From assembly GCA_010909165.1 (NCBI GenBank), contig MU008157.1:682001-746000 (forward strand): DNA of 64,000 bases, in the 5' to 3' direction. The position numbers and the translations under genes were made by a program. Source of the DNA: Anthoceros angustus. Taxonomy: Eukaryota; Plantae; Anthocerotophyta. The notes below the pieces were generated by a model that made no database searches, was not told where the DNA came from, and saw only the letters and a list, made by a program, of their open reading frames with translations. This document shows, one piece after another, positions 34,760 through 46,048 of the stretch. The stretch's first letter is position 1. Each line of letters begins with the position of its first letter.

Positions 34760-35890
34760 ACACCAACCTCTTGATTGATTGTTAGCAGCAAGGGGAGAGG
34801 AACAGTTCCGAGCCCGGCTGGCTGCCCGAGCACTTTCCTGGTGAAGAAGTTTGGATGAAGAAGCGGGTAGTACCTCCCGAAGTTTGAGAGAGTTCAATTC
34901 ACCTGTGAGGAAGGAAAGTGTAGTACTGCACCAGTGTCTCCAGATAATAGATGACAAGAAATAGGGCCAGGCAAGTTGACACGATGGTGGCCATTGTTCG
35001 GCTTGTCTTGTCGTTGAAAACCTGAGAAGCAGCCCGGGATGAGAGAGGACGATGGGAACCCCTCGCGGTTTCTGATGCAAGCAGAAAGAGATACCTTAGT
35101 GAATCGATCCATCTCACTCCAGACATGAGGCTTTGATACCTTAGTGAATCGATCCATCTCACTCCAGACATGAGGCTTTTGGAGGCATCCATGGCGTTTC
35201 CCTGGAGTAACAAGTTAGTTCAGGTTTACCAGGGTGAGCAGACAATGTCACAGACATGTACTCAGCACACACATCGGACCATGCGATCGAGTATGTAGTC
35301 GAATCGTCGATTGTGGGCATCAACTTCGTCAAGAATGTCTGCTGTCAACTGGCGCCCGCAGATTAGGTCAGGAGCGGTCTTGAAGGCCCTCCGTAGATCG
35401 CTCGTTCTCCTGCTCTGCGAGTTGGTTTGATGTGTAAAACGAAGAGGCGCTTCCACCACCTTCCTCCAATCCATCGAAGAGGCGAGCGTGGCTTCCTCGC
35501 TTCTCCCTGTCATGAGAGTAGGCAGGCAAATCATTTCTCACGCAGAAATTGCTATATGCTGGCAGGATGATTTCCTGGACTACTATGGCGATCCTCCATT
35601 CATTGGAAAGCTTGGTATTGAGGTTATGCAAAGCAGTCCTCGGTGTGGAGTGTAACAGGTGTTGTCACTGGAGGATATCCTCATTGGACTACTGAACAGG
35701 CTGGTACTGACATTCAAGACAAGATGTTCTTGGGTTGGTGATTCTAGCTCGGCAGCGAGCGGATGATGAACAGAAGCCAAGGATTGAGGCACTCCACACC
35801 GCTTGCTGTTGATCAGCTTGAGGACCTTACTTGTAACTTGATTTTCATAGCCATCCTATCCAATTTCTGAAAACGTTTGGGGAACATGAT
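34760..35890 (-). CDS. Putative multi-exon gene of unknown function
   Basis: Series of open segments bounded by GT/AG signals (MFPKRFQKLDRMAMKIKLQ|GTAAG; DILDEVDAHNRRFDYILDRMVR; ctccag|...ACTAAG|GTATC). No recognisable domain. Confidence 0.35.
35090..35179. repeat. Perfect 45-bp tandem duplication spanning a putative splice donor
   Basis: gataccttagtgaatcgatccatctcactccagacatgaggcttt x2. Confidence 0.97.
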
Positions 35891-36668
35891 GCTGCTAAGG
35901 TAGCAGAGATTAAGAATGTCTACAACGACAGAGTTCCGATCAACTCAAAATTTGTACCACTGTAAGCAAAAAGTGCGAGAGCGCGGGCCGCGGGTGCTTG
36001 CGAGAATCTGTAATCTGCAGGTGCAGGCGAGGGCGATGGGGTGAGGATATGGCGCCCGATGCCGGTGTAGCACATGGTTCCAGATTGCTAGCAATCGTGG
36101 AAAAAAAAGCGTGGGCGGTATTCAAATTTCTGCTCAGGCCGTTGTGCGTTCCAAACCATCCTTCTCAGCTGCCTAGTATGATGAGCATGAGCTTATTTTA
36201 CTGTCGCGTTGAAGTCTAGTCTGCGCAGCTGGCTCACCAGAAGGCGGAGCCCACGAGCTAGCAAAGGCTGTATTTTATTATAATTGGCTGCTGGCTGGCT
36301 GGGGCCTGGGCAACAGAAGGACGATGTCTTCCCCTCTTCTGACTTGGTCTGCCCTTGGCACTTCGCCCCTCCCCATGCAGCATCCGCTGTCTCCTTGATG
36401 TTGCCCAGGTCTCGGCTATGGCTTCCTGGCATGACCTGATCTGCATCTGTTTAGGCAGGACAGCGCTTGCTGGTAGATCTAGTTCCCGGTACAGTGACCT
36501 GAGTTGCACCAATGCGGGCTCGTAGAAAAGCGGATGAGGCAGGAGAGACTGTGGGTGGGAGTATTAGTGTGCATCATCATCGGTCATGTGCCGTGAGAAT
36601 AGTTTGTTTGCTTTGCTGCTCACCTCCGGTGCCGGTGCCTTAGGATCCGGGAGCCTGTGTGGGTGTAG

Positions 36669-37841
36669 ATGGTAGTTGCGTTGTTGGGGTGGAACCAGAT
36701 ATCCAGCAGCATGGGAGAGGGAGAGGCAATGGCAGTGGTAATGGCAGCACCTCCTGCACATGCAGGTGCCCCTGCCATTCCTCTCAGCTACCCGCCGCCG
36801 CCCCCCGTACTGCAGCAGAAGAATTTGCCGCAGTACGCATTGTTTTCCTTCGTCTTCATGTTGGTAGTGGGCGTGATTGTGTTCGTGTGCATTCTGAAAG
36901 TAAAGAACATGTTTGCGGACAGCAGGGAAGTTGTGCAGGGCGGGAATCAGCTAAGGGGGTTTGGGTTGCAAGCCCGCCCGGCAGGCCCGGGGAATGCCAA
37001 TGGCGATGGCAACGCAGGGCCAGGGTCAGAACAAGGACTGGACCGCCTCTTCATCCAGACGCTGCCCCTCTTCATGTACAAGAAGACGGGCATCCCGGAA
37101 GCAGTGGGGCTGAAGGGGCATGGTGAGTGCCCAGTCTGCCTGACCGAGCTGGACGACGGGGATCCGGTGCGGCTGTTGCCCAGCTGCAAGCACGTATTCC
37201 ACCCGGACTGCATCGACACATGGCTGCTCTCCCACCCATCCTGCCCCCTGTGCAGAGAGACGGTGCAGGTGAAGAAGCTCTCGTCCTTGAAGAAGCTGCT
37301 CACCCTGCTCCGGGGCAGGTCTCAGCGAGAGGAGGTCCAGGTCCAGGAGGAGGAGCTGATGCTGGGTGCCCCTGCACAGATGGCAGCAACCACCATGAGC
37401 CCTCCCCGTCCAGAAGACGGGGAGGCTGATGCAGCAACAGGTGTGGCCGCCCGCGCTAGCAGCAGCAGCAGTGCGAGGGCCAGTGCTCAGGAGAGGGATG
37501 CCGAGGAGACCAGCATGCTCGGGGTCAGGAGAGGGCGCAGAGCGGTGTCGGAGGACATCCCATGGGCCAGGGCCGATTCTCTGGAGCTCCAACAGACCAC
37601 AACCCCCAGCCTCAGGCCCATGAGGCGGTCTGCCAGCTGCGGCCCCGGCCCCGCACCTGCTCCCCCTCGCCGGACCTCACTTAACCAGGAGGACAGGAGG
37701 CATTCCTTCGGCGAATTGCTCCGCAGCTCCTTGACAAGGAATTCGTCTCACATCCTTGCCCTTTCCGTGGCCTCCAATTCAGCCCCACCACCTCCTCCCC
37801 CTCTCAGCAGGCCGCCGGATCTGGAGACGGGCAACAATTAG
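36669..37841 (+). CDS. ATL-family RING-H2 E3 ubiquitin ligase
   Basis: Transmembrane segment (ALFSFVFMLVVGVIVFVCIL), GLD motif (GLDRLFIQTLP) and RING-H2 CPVCLTEL...LPSCKHVFHPDCIDTWLLSHPSCPLC. Confidence 0.95.
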   Translation: MVVALLGWNQISSSMGEGEAMAVVMAAPPAHAGAPAIPLSYPPPPPVLQQKNLPQYALFSFVFMLVVGVIVFVCILKVKNMFADSREVVQGGNQLRGFGLQARPAGPGNANGDGNAGPGSEQGLDRLFIQTLPLFMYKKTGIPEAVGLKGHGECPVCLTELDDGDPVRLLPSCKHVFHPDCIDTWLLSHPSCPLCRETVQVKKLSSLKKLLTLLRGRSQREEVQVQEEELMLGAPAQMAATTMSPPRPEDGEADAATGVAARASSSSSARASAQERDAEETSMLGVRRGRRAVSEDIPWARADSLELQQTTTPSLRPMRRSASCGPGPAPAPPRRTSLNQEDRRHSFGELLRSSLTRNSSHILALSVASNSAPPPPPPLSRPPDLETGNN

Positions 37842-38011
37842 ACCCAAGTGTGTACCTTAATGCATCTTATGCTACATGGAACACTCATCCTGCGTCCTGC
37901 GTGCTTGCACTTTCATTCTTGTTTGGAAATAGCCGGAACAGAAGCTCTTCCCTCAGGAAAGGAAGATCGGTGAGGGCACACAAGTATCCTATCCTGCCTA
38001 CGGAAGAGTGT

Positions 38012-38428
38012 TCACAACCTAGACCGAGCCTGTCTGAGAGAAAATGCTGTCAACAACCGATCGGCCTCATCACCCTGCTGCTCAGGCCGGACCAAGTGCT
38101 TGTTGCTTGCACACCAAGCCCTCCAGTCCGGCAGCAGGGAGTCCAGGAGACCCACCAACTGACCCTTAGCCTCCTCCTTGCTCATGCCAGCCAGCGCCTT
38201 CCACGCCGCCTGTTTCCGCCTCAGGCTGGGATCGGAGATGAGCGACACATCCTCCTCCTCATCCTGTGGAAACGATCCATCCCGCACCTGAGCCTGTAAT
38301 GCGTACACCTGCGCTCGCAGATCGGGAGAGAGGAATTCCAGAGTGGCGGATGGGCCTTTGGTGAGAAACACCTGTGAGGCTGTCCAGTCTGCTTCCCTCC
38401 TGTCCCGTGACCCTGCTGACGATTCCAT
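38012..38428 (-). CDS. Small acyl-CoA-binding-domain-like protein ending in a PTS1 (SRL)
   Basis: VYALQAQVRDG...RRKQAAWKALAGMSKEEAKGQLVGLLDSLLPDW resembles the ACBP pattern LYALYKQAT.G...KWDAWKAL.GMSKEEAM; C-terminus -SRL*. Confidence 0.65.
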   Translation of the reverse strand: MESSAGSRDRREADWTASQVFLTKGPSATLEFLSPDLRAQVYALQAQVRDGSFPQDEEEDVSLISDPSLRRKQAAWKALAGMSKEEAKGQLVGLLDSLLPDWRAWCASNKHLVRPEQQGDEADRLLTAFSLRQARSRL

Positions 38429-38736
38429 GGCAACCCTGCTGATGGTGAAGCCAACCTGACACATGCTCGCAGTGGCCTGGAATGGAATAGGTCTGCACTC
38501 CGCAAGCTCACACTCTCACTTTATTTCTCTTCTTTCTCCTTTCACGGAGCAACGATTCTGGCAGCCTCTAGCTCGCTGCTATGTGTATATGCTTTTCTGT
38601 CGTGCCATTCTTGTCTAACGTGGTGCACCGTTTCTAGGCTTAGGATTCTGGGTCTCCATCCTGTGACCAATCATATATAAGATCGGCTCTGTTTGCTGCT
38701 GTGGCTCCTCGAATCAAGGTTCGGATGCAACGTAGC

Positions 38737-41700
38737 ATGGCTGGAATTTTTCCCCAATTCGCTGCAACTGCAGCGACTTTCAGCCGTGCTTCAGGTCTCA
38801 TCACCAGGGTGGGAAGCGATGCGCACCTCTATGATGATCCTCAGGATGCCAACATCGCCTCGTTGCTGGACAGCAAATACGATGCGGAGAAGGCGCAGGG
38901 CATGAAGAGATTGATCGCTCTCATGTCCCAGGGCATCGACGTTGGCAATCACTTCCCGCAGGTAATCAATACCTGCTACCTTCTTCAGGTCCATTTTTAT
39001 GATCGTCAATGGACGGCTGGACAGGAAAGTGAAGTTTTTCTTGCCGTCATGCAGGTGGTCAAGAACATCGTTTCGCCATCTTTGGAGGTTAAAAAGTTGG
39101 TCTACATCTACCTCGTCCACTTCGCTGAAAAGTACGTCCTGAACCTATTCAGTCTGTGACAAGTTCTTCTGTGAAGGGGAGGGATGCTCTCCACCTTCTG
39201 AACCGGATGCCTGCAAAATTTTGAACTGCGTAGGACCTGGATATCTGCCCCTTTTTGTGATTGTCAGATTTGAAAGAAACTTTGTTGGTATCACGGAATG
39301 GTTGTTGCCAGCGGACGATAACAGGAAATAGACTCATAGTCAGGTGGCTCCATGTGAATACCCGGCTATCTGGTGGTTGTGTCTTGTTTTTTGACGGTCG
39401 TAAGGAGGTTTGCACAGCATCAGCATACAGTGAGTGAATTTGTATCCATTGTACTGATATTCAAGCATGCCGATGGCAGGCGATCCGATGAGGCCCTTCT
39501 TTCGATCAACAGCTTTCAGAAAGACTTGTCCGACATTAATCCTTTAGTACGAGCATGGGCGCTGCGTGCCATGTCAGGCATACGCGTACGGGTTGTTTTA
39601 CCCTTGGTTGTCATGGCAGTGAACAAAGCTGCAAAGGATCCCTCACCCTATGTAAGGAGGTGTGCGGCACATGCTATTCCAAAGATCTTTTCCTTGGACC
39701 ATGAGCAGCATGCTGAAGTGCTTGAAGAGGTATGTCTGGTCTTGCTTTCCTCCGAGTGGTTCTGACCAGTTGTTGAGTTCTAATGGTCAAAAAATGCGTC
39801 TACAGCTGGCTGGCCTGCTCCTAAGTGACAATTCTGAAGGAGTTGTTGGAGCTGCTGCTGCGGCATTCATTGCAGTCTGCCCAGAGAAACTGCACATTGT
39901 GGGACCAGTCTACAGGAAGCTCTGCGAGATGCTTCCTGATGTTGAAGAATGGGGACAAGTTGCACTTATGGACATTCTTATGCATTATGCTGTGGGAAGG
40001 TATGGTACACCAAGAAGCTCAGTAGGGCTGTTCTATCTTACAAGGGTAAAGGATCATGGTCTTTCAGAGCAGAGTGGGGCATCAGCAGCTAAGGAAACCT
40101 GGGCAGGAAGTGATGAAAGCACTGAAATTGTTGAACAGCAGCTACCTGTCTCAGACATGTTAGGACTTGCAGTTGAGGATGAAAATGGAGAGATGCATCC
40201 CCAGTTAAGGATTCTGTTGCAGTACACAGCTCCCCTCTTATGGAATCAAAACAGTGCTGTTGTAGTGGCAGCTGCAGTCATCCATTGGTTGTTTGCCCCA
40301 AAGGAGTCCCTCCTGAAGATTGCCAAGCCCCTGTTGTTTCTTCTGCGTTCTTCCTTTGACTCGCAGTTTGTGGTACGGTTTTCAAATCTTCCATGCGGTC
40401 AGGATAGCACAAATCGTTTCTCGCAAGTTCTTTTATGATGAGAAATTGCTGTGTCCGCTGATAAAGACACCTTGTTGCCCCACCAGGTTCTCTCCAACAT
40501 CGCAACATTCGTCAAGTTCCAACCATATCTCTTTGAGGATTATTATGAGGACTTTTTTATTCGACCATCTGACAACTTGGCAGTTCGTGCCATGAAGCTT
40601 GACATTTTGACTCAAATAGCAACAGAGTCAAACATTCACATCATACTTGAAGAGCTTCAGGTTCACAATGGATGGTTTGTGTGGGACTTCACATAAGCTG
40701 ATCGTGTTCTTTTCTCTTCACTGGTGAAGGATCCACTTCTGTGGAATGCTCAAGACGCTGATGGGTTAAACTTGTGTGATGCAGGCATATATGAGGGATC
40801 CTGTTCGTCAATTTGCTGCAGATACTGTTAGTGCCATAGGGCGTTGTGCAGTACGATTGCCTAGTGTTGCCTCAATTTGTCTGGATGGGATTTTCAAAAT
40901 TGTCCAAAGCAGTCTAGAATCTTCATATGGACAGGACTTGGGCTTGGTGGGAACCAGTGGCATGAGTGGAGGAGAGGTAGACAGGTTAAGTAAAGCTAAT
41001 AACACAAAGAAATCGTTCAAACAAGGTGGCAGTCCTGTGCTCCAGCATGTTGCTGAAGCTACTGTTGTTACACAAGCAGTGGTAGCAATACGGCTGATTG
41101 TCCAGCAGCTACCTTCGGAGCTAGAAATTGTGAGCTCTATGATGTCTCTTCTCAAGTTTCTCCTCAAGGGAACTACCTGGGTTTGCAGCCAATAACAGTG
41201 TGTTGCTCCTTGCATGTTTCAGGTCTTCTGCCGTCTCGTCCGCTTGCTGGAACACATCAAGGTCCCTACAGCTCGAGCAATAATTGTGTGGATGGTGGGC
41301 GAATATAGTGCAAGCTGTAAAGCGGTCTCACACATCCTTCCGATAGTCATGTCTTATCTTGGTGGCACGTTCCTGAAGGAATCTGATGAAACGAAACTCC
41401 AGATTCTCAATACATCTGTCAAGGTACATTGTCTCAAGTAATGCTGAGTGAGGCTGTGCTTGACTGTGAGGTTTGAGGGGTGGATGACCTATTTGGTTTG
41501 GTGCAAATCCCACAACAGATTCTGTTTGTGACAGGTTGCACTGCAATCCAATGACGGACTGGATGCCTCCTCAAAGCAAGTCAGACTTGTGCTACAGTAT
41601 GTATTAAACTTGGGGCGTTACGATCTGAATTGTGATATTCGTGACAGGGCTCGAATGTTTCAGGTACTGTTGGCATCACAAATAGAACCCAGGCTGGTGG

Positions 41701-43678
41701 AAACAGGCAAAGCTGTAAGTGATGTGACTGGACGTTCAAGTCAGCCTGTGATCTGCAAAGAGGGCCTCATCGGCAAACAGAAACAAAGTCAAGAAAAGAC
41801 TACTGACGATGTTTGTTCTGCTTCATCAATGAAGGCTGCTGTGTCTCCCTCCACCACTTTAGGAAACATATCAGACATGCTTCTTCTGGTTCCCAGATTA
41901 GCACCAGCATTTTCATCACTCACTCCCGACAGGTCATCCTTTTTACCTGGTTCCATGTCTCACATTGTCCAGCACAAGGCTCCAGGCTATAGATCGCTAC
42001 CGCGGCCATTTAGCATACAGGATGGTGAGCGATGCGCCAGCAGACAAGGACAAAATGGCATCCAACGAGAAAGTGGATACAGTGGAACAGATAATGCAGA
42101 TGCTGAGTCTGGTGATTCCAGTGAGGAAAACGTCAGTAATTCTGCAGAAGGATCGTCTGAAAGCTATGGTGAGGAGAGTGATCAAGATGCTGATGACCAG
42201 AGTATACAGGGGAATGGTAGGATTTACACTAGTGCAAGTGAAAGTAGCCCTAGTGATCATCTGGAGGAAACAAACAGGGGAATCACAAGGCAGACGAAGT
42301 CAAGACGTATGAAGCAAACCAGTCATGGTAGTAAAAGTCAGCATGCCAGTGCTTTCAGAGGTATCACAAGTAAGGAGAAGGAAGAGCTTAATACATTTGG
42401 GCCTTTGATATCACTATCAGATTCTGAAACTGGGAGCAGTTCTACACAGCATCCACCAAGCCTTGTGCAGTCAGAACTTAATGCAGGTCACGATCTGTTG
42501 TCCTCCCTTCAATTGGAAGCATGGTTGGGGCCCACAGCACAAGCTCGAGGATCGAACGTATTGACAGAGGTACCTGAGGCTGGTTTCACCAGTCTGGCCC
42601 TCGGAACAGTTACTGTAGAGCCTAAGAAGTATGTCCTTCTTGACTTTACAAATGGAGGAGGACTTGAGATCAAGTATTCTTTCTCCTGGACAGCATCACT
42701 CTACTCGCAGAGAATGGCATGTGTCCGGCTCTACTTGCATAACCGATCTTTACAGGCAAAATCAGGCATTGTTGTGAAGGCTGCAAACGCTGGAGCTCCA
42801 TTCGATACCAGCGTGTGAGTTCCTTTGGTGCCATAAGCATGTGAGGCGTGCCTGATGACTTTCTAACAGGTGTATGACATATGTTGCTTTGCAGGTCAGG
42901 ACCCGATGCAGCTGCTGATGATGCCGTCATCATTCCTCTGGAGGAAATTTCCGAATTAGGTGCTGGACAGAAGACGGAGGGAAATCTTCACGTCGATTTT
43001 CGGCACAAATTAAGGCCAGCAAAGCTTGTGGTGGCTTGTGACGGTTCACTGTTTCCTGTCAAGCTTACACCAGAAGTTGGAGCTTTAATAAGGCCAGCAT
43101 TTATGACCAGTGAGATGTTTGTCTCAGCTGAGAGCCGACTCTCTGGGATGTTGGAGTCGTCTCGCAGGTATGTTCCGAAGCCTTTGACAGTTGGTGCTAC
43201 GTTAGCAGCTAAGCACAACCAGCCAAGGGTTCTGGTTATTTGTCGTTGCTCACGAGCATTCATGCTGTTCAGGTCTCAACAGATCTTGCATTTCCTTGTG
43301 TGCAGATGCTCTCTTCGGGAACCCTTTCTGGCGTCTTTGAGCCTGGAAAGTTTACCCAGCCCAGCGGTGGAGAATCGACCATTGCAAATTTCACGCACAA
43401 TCGCATATCGAGTCTTTGAATCGGCTCATGTATCACTTGTTTCTGCAACAATGAAGGTCATGAATGGATCGCAAGGCCTGGAGCTCCGCTTTAGTGGTGA
43501 GACCCTCACAGGTTCATTGGTCTGTCTAGTAACAGCCACTTTGCCACTGAACGAGGTGAATCTGCACGAGAGCGAGGTTGTACCTGTTACAATCAAAGTG
43601 AACTGTGAAGATACTGTGTTTGGATTGAGCTTACTGAAACAACTAGATAATGCCTTGAGCCTGTCATATCTTGTTTAG
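38737..43678 (+). CDS. AP3B: AP-3 complex subunit beta (multi-exon)
   Basis: RVGSDAHLYDDPQDANIASLLDSK, EVKKLVYIYLVHFAE, EALLSINSFQKDLSDINPLVRAWALRAMSGIR, an acidic hinge and a C-terminal ear domain; stop at 43676-43678. Confidence 0.95.
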
Positions 43679-44269
43679 TTTCCGCTTCCGCCTTCACGAC
43701 AACAACTGTTGGTGGATGGAGTTCTCTTTGTAGCAAATCCCTTTCTGTGAGTTTTACGAGATGTAAATCGATCGGAGCTACACTTCGTGAGACAACCCTG
43801 TGAGTCGCGTCAGGAACACAAGACAAAAAAATGCACAAGAAGGCCGATCTTTGGGTTGCGTGTCTATCAGGCACAGCAGGCTTCCGGGAGCACTCGGAAC
43901 AGCTCGTACCCTCGATCGCACTTCTCCATGTACTCCTCATCCAGCAGGTGCGCTCTTGCTCACCGGCTGGGTCTGCATGACGGCTTCCAGCGTGCGGCAA
44001 TTTCCCCAACTCACATGAGGCCTGCAGGGTGGAGAAATTGGCAGTGGCAAGCTCCAAAATCCCCGCTCCCCGTCCCGACACCGAGTACCAGCAACAAGAC
44101 TCTGCACCAAGCCGGTTTGCAGATAAACCGCCTGCCGAACAGCGGCCCGATCGGACCCGCGCTGAGTCCTGACCTGGACACGAGTCGGAACTCAGGCCAG
44201 AATACGTATGCCATAACCAGCAGGAGCGGATCCTAGTTGCCTGTCCGAACTGCAACAAACAAGCTAGTA

Positions 44270-44740
44270 CGAATGTCATATGCACTACACCTTCCTGCAA
44301 GATTCCAAGGCGGCGCCAAATGCACAAACTTGAAGGGCAGCTATGGTTCCCATTCCTGATCCATTTGTCGATACAAAACAAATGCCTTCTGTCCGAGCCC
44401 TTGCTCGGCACACCCAGCTGTGAGGGAATTCCATGACACCACAGTCTTGTCTTGAGGCTGTCTAACACCTGTAGTGCATCTGTCAGTTCACCACAGTCTG
44501 CTGACCCAGATATCAGGGCATTCCATGTCCCCACATCCTTTGCGGCCATGTCTTCCAGTCTAGATCATCACGAGCTGTGCATACCAGACCAGCGATCGCT
44601 CAATCCCGATCCTGCACACCCTGTGCATACCCAGACATCCGGGCATTCCATGTCCCTGGCCCTCCCGGCCCATTTGTTCATACAAATCAAGTGCCGCATG
44701 CCCGAGCCCTTGCTCACTATGTACAGCCATCAGGGCAGTC
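44270..44740 (-). pseudogene. Mosaic PPR pseudogene fragments
   Basis: Frameshifted P motifs: TALMAVHSEQGLGHAALDLYEQM, KDVGTWNALISG and VVSWNSLTAGCAEQGLGQKAFVLY. Internal duplication at about 44506 and 44631. Confidence 0.75.
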
Positions 44741-44880
44741 CGTGTCACCTCATTCTGTATTCACCTGGCGCGCCTTTCAGTCCACCGAAGTCAACCTTTC
44801 GTTGCATTGCGACACAGTGCGTGTCTCCAATGGGGAGCAACGTCTGGATGGCACTGATAAATGGTGTTTGACACAGGTAG

Positions 44881-45746
44881 TGTGACACCTTTAAATGCTA
44901 CATCCCTCCACACCGAAACCGTGAACCCTTTGGTGAGTGGAAACTTTTCCTAGTTCATGCGTGGAAACTTTCTTTTGGAGCAACGACAAAATGTCCGGTG
45001 TTAAACTTTAGGAACTTTGAGAGTAACACCCCCTTTTCAACGAGGTGGGGCAGTCACGCAGTTAGCGACAAAAACATCACCAGACACCAGCACTAGGCTC
45101 TCAGCGCCCGTCCTTCCACGGACGACTCTCCGCCAGACATCCGCCGCTATTTATTTCCTGTGAGAGCTCCCATCTTTGCCTAAGCTAGGAGCTTAGCTCC
45201 CTCGATCTCCTCCTCAGCCTCTCCTCTAGCACGCTCACACCTAGGCTCCCAAGGCCTCTAAGCACCACAGTCCTATCCTCACAAGAGTGTAGCTCCCAAG
45301 TGCTAGGATCCTTCTAGACATGCTCACACTCTAGGCTCCCAAGGCCTTTAGGCTCCAAAGTCCTATCCTCAAGAGTGTAGCTCCCCATGCTAGGATCACA
45401 AAATATCTCCCTCTAGGGCTAGCCTCATCTCCTTATATAGGGAGGCCTACATCATTTCCAAAGTAACTGCTAAAAGCAGACTTTCTTCCTTAAGCCCTAA
45501 GCTAAATCTTAACACCACTACTTACAACTTACTAACTAGATCCAGGGCTGCATGCTTCTCATGCAAGGCTCGTTACTTTGAGAGTACCATTGTAGAACTG
45601 TATTCTAAATCTCTTCAGGCCGGAGAGGACCGAACCATGTTTTTCACACTCTCCACGTAATACGGGTAGCATCACGCCTTAGATTTCTGCGTGCCTTGGC
45701 ACGCAAGTATGGAATGCCGTTCTCGTCACGGGCATCGTGTGTGACA
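44881..45746 (-). mobile_element. LTR (solo, or 3' LTR of the adjacent gag element)
   Basis: TGTGACAC...GTGTGACA termini and a minus-strand TATA (cctatataagg) at about 45430-45445. An alternative left end at 44869 gives a 4-bp TGTT duplication. Confidence 0.6.
45229..45397. repeat. About 88-bp tandem duplication inside the LTR
   Basis: Two copies of gctcacac..taggctcccaaggcct...agtcctatcctc..aagagtgtagctccc..tgctaggatc. Confidence 0.85.
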
Positions 45747-46048
45747 TGTTTTTTTTGGCTGTAGAGTACTCAAATATGCCACGGCATCTTCAGGATTCCT
45801 TTGTATAATATAGGTATAATACGCACCACATCAGCCTGGGTAGGGTCTAACACGGGCAAAAACCTTTCTATCACTCACTTTTGGCCTAGTGTTCCCATTG
45901 TGTCATGCAGAAGTTTTGTTCTTTGGGGTTTTAGGGTTACGATCACCACACACACATGTTTACACGTTTGTTTCGACAAGTTTGGCCTCGCTGCGGCAGC
46001 TGCTCTCGCATGTCGGGTTTACCGTGTGATAGTAGCTACAACATGCAC

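Noticed and set aside
43593-44549. 318-aa minus-strand ORF starting with a PPR-like motif
   Set aside because: Only the first ~30 aa are PPR-like. The rest crosses unrelated sequence and the AP3B 3' end, so it is a chance open frame.
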